From Zancudomyces culisetae HAW-14-8 (Eukaryota; Fungi; Kickxellomycota), in the NCBI GenBank assembly GCA_052426225.1, contig JBNJNM010000021.1, forward strand, positions 2,170,001 to 2,234,000: a DNA stretch of 64,000 bases, in the 5' to 3' direction. This document shows positions 56,441 through 64,000 of this stretch, piece after piece (position 1 is the stretch's first letter; each line of letters begins with the position of its first letter). Both the position numbers and the translations under genes were made by a program. The notes under the pieces were generated by a model, which saw nothing but the letters and a program-made list of their open reading frames with translations, ran no database searches and had not been told where the DNA came from.

Positions 56441-58462
56441 TTAGAGGAAAGATTTGACAAAGCTAGATACAGCTTCCTTGAGCTTAGCCTCAGTATCGGC
56501 ATCAATGGCGTTAGATTTGCGGATAGAGTCCATGATGGCGGCGTGGGTGGTGCGCATGTAAGGAACAAAGGCAGTCTCGAATTCGACAACACGGTTGGTA
56601 GGGATCTTGTCAAGGTAACCGTTGACACCAGCAAAGATAACAACGACTTGGTCTTCGACAGAGAGAGGAGAGTATTGAGGCTGTTTGAGCAATTCAGTTA
56701 GACGAGCACCTCTGTTGAGGAGGAACTGAGTGGAAGCATCCAAGTCAGAACCGAATTGAGCAAAGGCAGCGACTTCTCTGTACTGAGCCAAAAACAATTT
56801 AAGAGAACCAGCGACTTGTTTCATGGCCTTGGTCTGGGCAGCGGAACCGACACGGGAGACAGAGATACCGACGTTGATGGCAGGACGGATACCCTTGAAG
56901 AACAATTCGGATTCCAAGAAGATTTGACCGTCAGTAATACTAATGACGTTGGTTGGAATGTAAGCAGAGACATCACCACCCTGGGTTTCAATGATAGGCA
57001 AGGCAGTTAGCGAACCGGACTTGAAGGTCTTGTTGAGCTTGGCGGCTCTTTCCAACAATCTGGAGTGGAGGTAGAAGACATCACCAGGGTAGGCTTCACG
57101 ACCTGGAGGACGACGGAGCAAAAGTGACATTTGACGGTAGGCTACGGCTTGTTTGGACAAATCGTCGTAGATGATCAAACCGTGCTTTCCGTTGTCACGG
57201 AAGTATTCACCCATAGCACAACCTGAGTATGGAGCCAAGTATTGCAAAGGTGCGGCTTCGGATGCTGTTGCTGCTACAATAATGGTGTACTTCAACGCAT
57301 CGTTCTCCTCAAGAGTCTTGACAAACTGTGCAACTGTTGATCTCTTTTGGCCAATAGCAACATACACACAGTACAGCTTCTTGGTCTCATCTTGTCCATC
57401 GTTCCATCTCTTCTGGTTCAAAATTGTGTCCAATGCAACTGCTGTCTTTCCGGTTTGACGATCTCCAATAATCAATTCTCTCTGTCCTCTACCAATTGGC
57501 AACATAGAATCTACTGACTTGATTCCTGTCTGCATTGGCTCGTGTACTGACTGTCTTGGAATAATTCCTGGTGCTTTTACTTGAGCTCTGCTACGGTGTG
57601 CTGCCTTGATTGGGCCTTTTCCGTCAATTGGGTTTCCCAATGCATCAACTACTCTTCCCAACAATCCCTCTCCTACTGGTACGTCCACAATGGCTCCGGT
57701 ACGCTTCACTGTGTCTCCTTCCTTAATCAATCGATCGTTACCAAAGATTACAATACCTACATTGTCTGCTTCCAAGTTGAGTGCCATACCTTGTACTCCT
57801 GAGCTGAACTCAACCATCTCTTCTGCTTGCACGTTCTTCAATCCATAAACACGTGCAATACCGTCTCCTACTGACAATACTCTTCCTGTCTCTTGCAAAT
57901 CTACCTTGCTAACACTGCTCAAGATTCTCTCTTCCAATACTGATGTGACCTCTGATGCAGCTATTTTTATTATCATTATTCCCTTTGTTACTCTCTCTCT
58001 CTCTCTCTTTCTCTATTTTTTTTACTTTTCTCTCCCTCTATTCTTTTTTCTTTCTCATCTCATCTTGTACTAACTTACTTGCTTTTGGTCCTGCAAAGTT
58101 TGCTGTTGAGGTGCTGAGTGCTGCTCTCATTACCTTTGGTACTACTGCGCGTGCCTATTTAATCATTCACCTCTTATTTTAATCTCCCTTTCTCTCCGAT
58201 AACCTCCATCTCTACTTTCTCTCTTTTCTTTTCTTCTTTATCTACCAAGAATATATATCTATATATTCCCTTTTTTCCACCCCCACCCCCGTTACTCCTT
58301 TTTGTCTTTCTTGGTTTATATCTAATTGATCTGTTGCTGATCCAACACACAACAAATCTATATCAATCTATATCAATCTATTTGAAAATCTCTTACAGTT
58401 GTGCGTCCCACTGGAACTCGTGCGACTGCTGAAATCAATCGGCTGCTTCCCTTCTTGAACAT
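56441..58462 (-). CDS. ATP1: Mitochondrial F1 ATP synthase alpha subunit; exons 58462-58397, 58154-58079, 57960-56441 (553 aa)
   Basis: [29 protein letters not shown]; two GT-AG introns (GTAAGA, GTAAGT donors) join an Arg/Ser/Ala-rich presequence [16 protein letters not shown] in frame. Confidence 0.97.
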
Positions 58463-60011
58463 TTTGTATTTTATTTGTGCAGATCTCTTTTAGTTGTTCA
58501 CCTAAGTTGCAAGTTAAATCTGTTTATAGATCTGTTTGTATTTCAATATCCTATCCTTTTTAGATCTATTAAAACAAAAGCAAGAACAAAAAAAAAAAGC
58601 TTGACTTACTTGGAAATCTTTTATTGTGCTCTTCTTTTTTTAAAATATTAAAATAAATAATTTTATTTTAATAGAAAATATTATTATTATAAAAAAAAAT
58701 CTGTCTTGTAATTTTTATCACTTTAAACCCCTCTTTCTTTTTTCTTTATCAACTTATCAAAAAAATTTTCCTCCCTCACTATTTTTTTTTTCTTTTTTTT
58801 TACCTTTTTTTTTTCTTGGTCAGCACAAACGAAATAAGTTTCAGAAATGGAAGAAAAAAAACAAATTATAATCTGTGTTCATTTATGATTAACTTTTTTT
58901 TTCACTAATTCATTAATTCATTCATTTTTTTCATTCCGTCTTCAATTATTGCCTAATAACCCAATCCAAATAATTTAAATATAAATAAACATATTTTCGC
59001 TACCAACTCTTGGCCTTTATTGCTACTTTATCATACTAGATTGCTGTTTTTAATATAAAACTAATTATCATTTTTTCATTTTATATCTATTTATTATATC
59101 TTGGTTTTGTTTACTAATATTTATTTTAATTTTAATTCTTAGTTTTGGTTTTAATTTTCCTTATTTTCACTATTCTAAAATCTGACTCAAATCTTCAAAC
59201 CATAAAAGAAAAAAATTTTTTTTTTGTATAATCCCCACCCAGTTTAATCTTTCAATCTTTCAATCATTTCTTGGGGGGAGAAGAGGGAGGTTTTATCCAA
59301 CTTTTCCTCACAATCTCCAGTTTCATTATCTTTTTAAAACCTGATAAAACAAACACAAGAAAAAAAGAAGAAAAAAATTTTTTCTCCTGGTTTATTTACT
59401 CTTTCACTCTCACTTTACCTACTCTTTTTTTTTGAAATTGCCAAAACAAAAACAAAAACAAAATCCAAAGCAATTGCTATAAAACCATTTTTTATCTCTC
59501 TAATTCTCGATATTCCACAGTTCCTCTTTTTTTTTAATCCCATTTCAATTCTCTATATACATACATATATACATACATATATATTTATATATTTAACTCT
59601 TGTGCTTTCATCTCACATATCGATTCTTACTTTCTCTTCCATCATTCTGCCACTCTACATCAGTTCACCTCATCCACTTTTCACTTTTTACCTAGCCTTA
59701 ATTGGTCCATTTCTTTTTTTTTCCTCCACTAGAAATCTCTCTCTTTACCTCTACTACTTTTGCCTTTACTTTTACCACCATCTTTCTCTCTCCTTCTTTC
59801 TCCAACCCCTTTTCTTCAATCTCCAATTTCCTTCCTGGTCTTCTCTCCTCCACTCCTTTTTTTTTCCTGACTATTAATTTTCATTTTCCACCTAATCCAA
59901 CCACTTATCTATCAACCATCTCCATGCCCATCCCATTCCACTCAACCATTCCATTCCACTCAACCATTCAATCAATGAATCAGTAACACAAAAAAAGGTA
60001 AACAAAAAAAA

Positions 60012-61607
60012 TGTAGTGAACTGATTTGGTGTAGATCCCAAAGTTGGTAAGCAGACCAAATAACAGTTATCGAAACGAATTTAAAAATACTTCAAATCAA
60101 CACCACTATACGACTATTATAATTATTACAACTATTATAATTAAGGTACTAATATATGGGATTGTTATTACTTTTTATAGTCTGTCTTTGTCATTTAAAC
60201 TGGTATTTATAGTATTCTTGTCGTGAATTTAAATCATCACAATTTATACTTTTTTCCCTTTGGTTTTTAATAAATTTCAAAGAGGTAAAGTTAGATTCAC
60301 GTAACACCCTTGCAAGTTTGAGAATCAGCACCATCATAGATGTCATAGGAATCATCTATAAATAGTTTACAACATCTTTACCCATTCAACAACAGCAAAA
60401 CCCCTGTTTCAATATTAAACTTATCTATTATATTTCAATTGTTTAAAACATTAATATTATATAACCTATTTATTAGTAATTTAATAGTATTTCATGGACC
60501 TGAAAAAGTTATAAGGGCTAAATATTTTCTATCTAGTTTTTGATAGACTTAAGCAATATAAATATGTAAATATAGTATTCACACGACATTCTATTTGTCT
60601 TACACTCTATATTATCGTTAATGTTTTGTATAATATTATACCTTCAAGTAAACCCTGTTGTTAAACTTCCAAGATGTTAATCTGCACTGTGGTATACTTG
60701 GTTATTTTAAATCTTTGCAAGGGTGCATGCATAATATCTAATCAATGGGACACACACAGCTGGGGTGAAGAGTATCAGTGGTCCAGTATGTTCTGCTGTG
60801 ATACTTCAGTTCAAGGTTCTTGCAAGTGGGGAGTGGTCCAGACCAATGCTTTGACATTGAATATATCTGTTCGAGCAGGTGGTGAGTTTTATAAGCTCAT
60901 AAAGGGTCAGCTTAATTCAGGCCTTGTAAGCACAACAACTTTCACAATGAACATAAATATGGAGGTAAATCCTGGTAGATGCAAATGGGTTGATATTGGA
61001 ACAACACGACTCAATAGGCGAGTCGAGGGTGAATGTTGTTGGTGGGGTGTCAGTTGGCTTTGCTCAAAAGATTCAACAGAATGGCATAGGACTAGTACAA
61101 ATGCAATGTATGCAATGAAAGAAACAGATTACAGAAATGGGAAGATAGGGAGGGGTGTACCAATAATTGTTGAAGAAGGTATGGTGACAGGTGTTCAGGA
61201 ACCAGACCTTGCAGATTTCACAACATCAAGCTAGGATCATTTCTGTTTTAGCCTAGCTTTCTTGAAGTTGGGGACAACAATACAAAGTAGTAAATAATAA
61301 AAATAAAAATAAAAATAAAAACAATTATATTGTTTATGATGGATATTCTGCCTGTTCTTTTCTTAGTATTGCTCCAGTTACTGAAGTAAGATGAATGAAA
61401 GGATCATAAAGGCTATTAGAGCGAATAATAAAAGTAATAACAATGCCATATACTAGTACCTTAATAATAACAATAACAATAATTATTATAATAATAATAC
61501 AATAGTCGTACAGTGGTGTTGATTTGAAGTATTTTTAAATTCGTTTAGATAACTTTTATTTGTTCTGCTGACCAACTTTGGGATCTGCACCAAATCAGTT
61601 GACTACA
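60012..61607. mobile_element. Non-autonomous long-TIR element (TGTAGT...ACTACA) carrying a cargo gene
   Basis: Imperfect inverted repeats of about 170-180 bp at 60012-60178 and 61428-61607; no transposase; no clear TSD. Confidence 0.7.
60674..61234 (+). CDS. Small secreted cysteine-rich protein (effector/toxin-like)
   Basis: 186 aa, signal-peptide-like N-terminus, 8 Cys in the predicted mature part, TATAAATA at about 60558, AATAAA runs downstream. Confidence 0.8.
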   Translation: MLICTVVYLVILNLCKGACIISNQWDTHSWGEEYQWSSMFCCDTSVQGSCKWGVVQTNALTLNISVRAGGEFYKLIKGQLNSGLVSTTTFTMNINMEVNPGRCKWVDIGTTRLNRRVEGECCWWGVSWLCSKDSTEWHRTSTNAMYAMKETDYRNGKIGRGVPIIVEEGMVTGVQEPDLADFTTSS

Positions 61608-63425
61608 CAAGCAATGAAATAATACGAAAAAAAAATTTTTTTTTTCCGCAATCTTCAGTTGTTACAAATTTAGTTACTTTCACGTTTATACAAATCCATT
61701 TATTTACACTTTTGAAGAAAGCTAAAATAAAATAAAGTTCTCCTTTCCTCCTTCCCTCCTCATTCCTTGGGTCATATTTAGACCCTCTATCTACTTCTTC
61801 CACCACTTTTTCTTCCTCATGAAACCTTTTGTTATACTTTTTCATTTAAGCTCAAACATACAAAAATATTCGTGATAAAATACAAATGCTTATTTACGCT
61901 TGTCCCACCTTGATATTTTTTTCTGTTTTTTTCACTTATCACTCGTTTATAATAGGTCTAAAAGAAACCCAATCTCACTATCATTTTACAGCCTTTAATA
62001 TTATCAATTCTATAGATATTTTATCAATATATATATTTATACATGTTTATTTAAATATATCTATTCATTAGTCTAATATTGATAATACACAAGACAAAAA
62101 AACAAACGGTTCAAATATATTATAACATTTTATTGTATTGTCTTTGTTTATTAATTGTCCATTATATCATTGTTAAATCCATTACCTGTTAGAATATACT
62201 CTTTATATACCAATCATCCCAAAAAGTATACCAAATGTTATTACATACAAATATATATATATGCAAATCGTTTATTCTAATGTTTTTCTTTTCTTTTTGT
62301 AGTTTTACCCCCAAATTCATAATATCAAAATATAGTTGTATCTTGTGCTAATAAAACCACTTGAAAATAACTAATTATGGAATCTTGATGTTTTAACAGC
62401 TTGATAGATATTTAACTATTAAAAGATGAAAAGGAAAAGATAAAATAAAAATCTACAATACTGGTTTGTACAACTTTGTTGCAAAAGCATATAAATCATA
62501 TATACTACACAATAAAAACCATCAAGAAACTCTCTATTTAGCACTACCCTATCTCCTCCTATCTGTTCAAGTCGGAAAAGTAATTTATATAAAAAAAGGA
62601 CATTTAGCTATTTCAATTCAAAATTAATAACCAGTTCGTAATTGATTATACTAGATATATAAATGTTCAAGAATAGCAAGCACGGGCAGAAGGAGGAGGA
62701 AGAGGAGGAGGAGGGATGGGATTATAATTCAAAATACTAATACTTTAAACTACAAAAAAAGAGAAAAGGGCTGGACTGCCAATCTTACAGATATTGAACT
62801 ATGTATATATTCCCTCAACACTCAACATTCAATACTCATCATATGTTATTCTTATTCTTTTCTTGATTAGTTGCTGTGATATATAAATAAATAAAATTGT
62901 TCATTTGATTATGTACACAAAACATTGGACAAGAATATTAATTATAGCGAACTGTAGTATCATTACGCTTGAATGTCTCCAACTAATAATTATGAGGAAT
63001 ATAACATAATGATCACAACGACTACCAATTTAAACTACAATACAAAAATCATCAAATTTCCCACCGAAAAGAAAAAAAAATAAAGAATTAAATTGGTTTG
63101 TGTTTATTTATTATTATTGTCTTTGTCTGAGAATTTTATTAAGCCTTTCAGAATAATTGGTGAAATAAATAATAAATTAATTAACGAAATTATCTAAAAA
63201 AAATGGAAATAATGGTAAAAACAAGTCGAATGGAAGAGCTAGAGTTTGAGGAGGCAAAAAAAAAAAAACAAACACCAATAATATATTATTCAAAGACAGA
63301 CAATAACAGATACTACAAATTGAACAGAGAGAACTTCAATTCCAAATAGATTAAATAATATTTGTGTATTAAAAGTAACAGGGACAAGCGATATTTTGCA
63401 AGATAGATAGAAAATACAAAAAATA

Positions 63426-64000
63426 ATGGAAAAGGAAAACGTCAAAGCGAGCGAGTTGTTTAAAAAATGTATGTTTTCCGTAGTGATCCCAGAGAAAAAA
63501 GTCCTAAACACACAAGAATACGAAACGCTGCAGAATGTTGAATCTAGAGAATATATCTACAAGGATGAAAAAGTAACAGGGTATCTACTGGCAAGTATCC
63601 CTACGAAAATACCACAGACTAATACTGGTAATGATGATGAATCTGCAATGCACAGTGTGGATATTTCTGAAGCTGAGGCCAAAAGATTTTTTAAAAAACT
63701 GCGATTTAGCATTGTTACATTTATTAAAAAGACAAGGGAAAATGTAGGGATAGAGACAGCAGCAAATGTAGAAATAAGTGCTGGAACAGGGACAGGGGCT
63801 AGAGAAGCGGCAAAAGCTTTAGATATGAGAATAGGAGGCAGAAGTTCTAGTAATATTGGGAGATTTAAAAGGGAATCAAATATTGGAGTGGGAAACAGAA
63901 ACAGATTGCTGAGTTTCCGACCCGAGGCAAGAATTATGGGGGTAGATATGAGTACAAGTGTAAGTGGGACAGGAAGTAATACTACAGGCACAGGAAGAAC
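63426..64000 (+). CDS. 5' part of a gene running off the window; N-terminus reminiscent of TRAPPII subunit Trs65
   Basis: Open frame MEKENVKASELFKKCMFSVVIPEKK...SREYIYKDEKVTGYLL with no stop to the window end; family call from motif recollection only. Confidence 0.55.
   Translation, partial: MEKENVKASELFKKCMFSVVIPEKKVLNTQEYETLQNVESREYIYKDEKVTGYLLASIPTKIPQTNTGNDDESAMHSVDISEAEAKRFFKKLRFSIVTFIKKTRENVGIETAANVEISAGTGTGAREAAKALDMRIGGRSSSNIGRFKRESNIGVGNRNRLLSFRPEARIMGVDMSTSVSGTGSNTTGTGR

Noticed and set aside
59602-59986. Phe/Leu/Ser-rich ORFs upstream of the TIR element
   Set aside because: Produced by a pyrimidine-rich low-complexity tract; non-ATG starts
63557-63991. 144-aa minus-strand ORF
   Set aside because: Shadow of the plus-strand gene starting at 63426 that runs off the window

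Overview
AT-rich eukaryotic DNA, most likely from an early-diverging fungus (inferred from spliceosomal introns in a nuclear ATP1, chromovirus-type Ty3/Gypsy elements and an intronless F-box/ankyrin gene). About 2.7-37.5 kb is a young transposon pile-up. A minus-strand chromovirus (A, 2681-20255) carries two intact plus-strand chromoviruses (B 4115-9990, C 11425-17261) inserted in its pol. A decayed APE-type LINE (20724-37521) splits a small host ORF and is itself split by a 3-LTR tandem chromovirus (D, 23821-34831). All four LTR families show Tf1-like self-priming PBSs, -1 frameshift signals and palindrome-rich LTRs. A and C carry an SQ-cluster/NLS spacer in Pol, and B carries an antisense tRNA-like (A box/B box) unit in its 3' UTR. 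The right part holds orphan genes, a long metallothionein-like pseudogene, an F-box-ankyrin gene, UTP21, TLG2/syntaxin-16, ATP1, a ~1.6 kb long-TIR element whose only cargo is a small secreted Cys-rich protein with beta-pore-forming-toxin-like patterning, and the 5' end of a possible TRS65-like gene.
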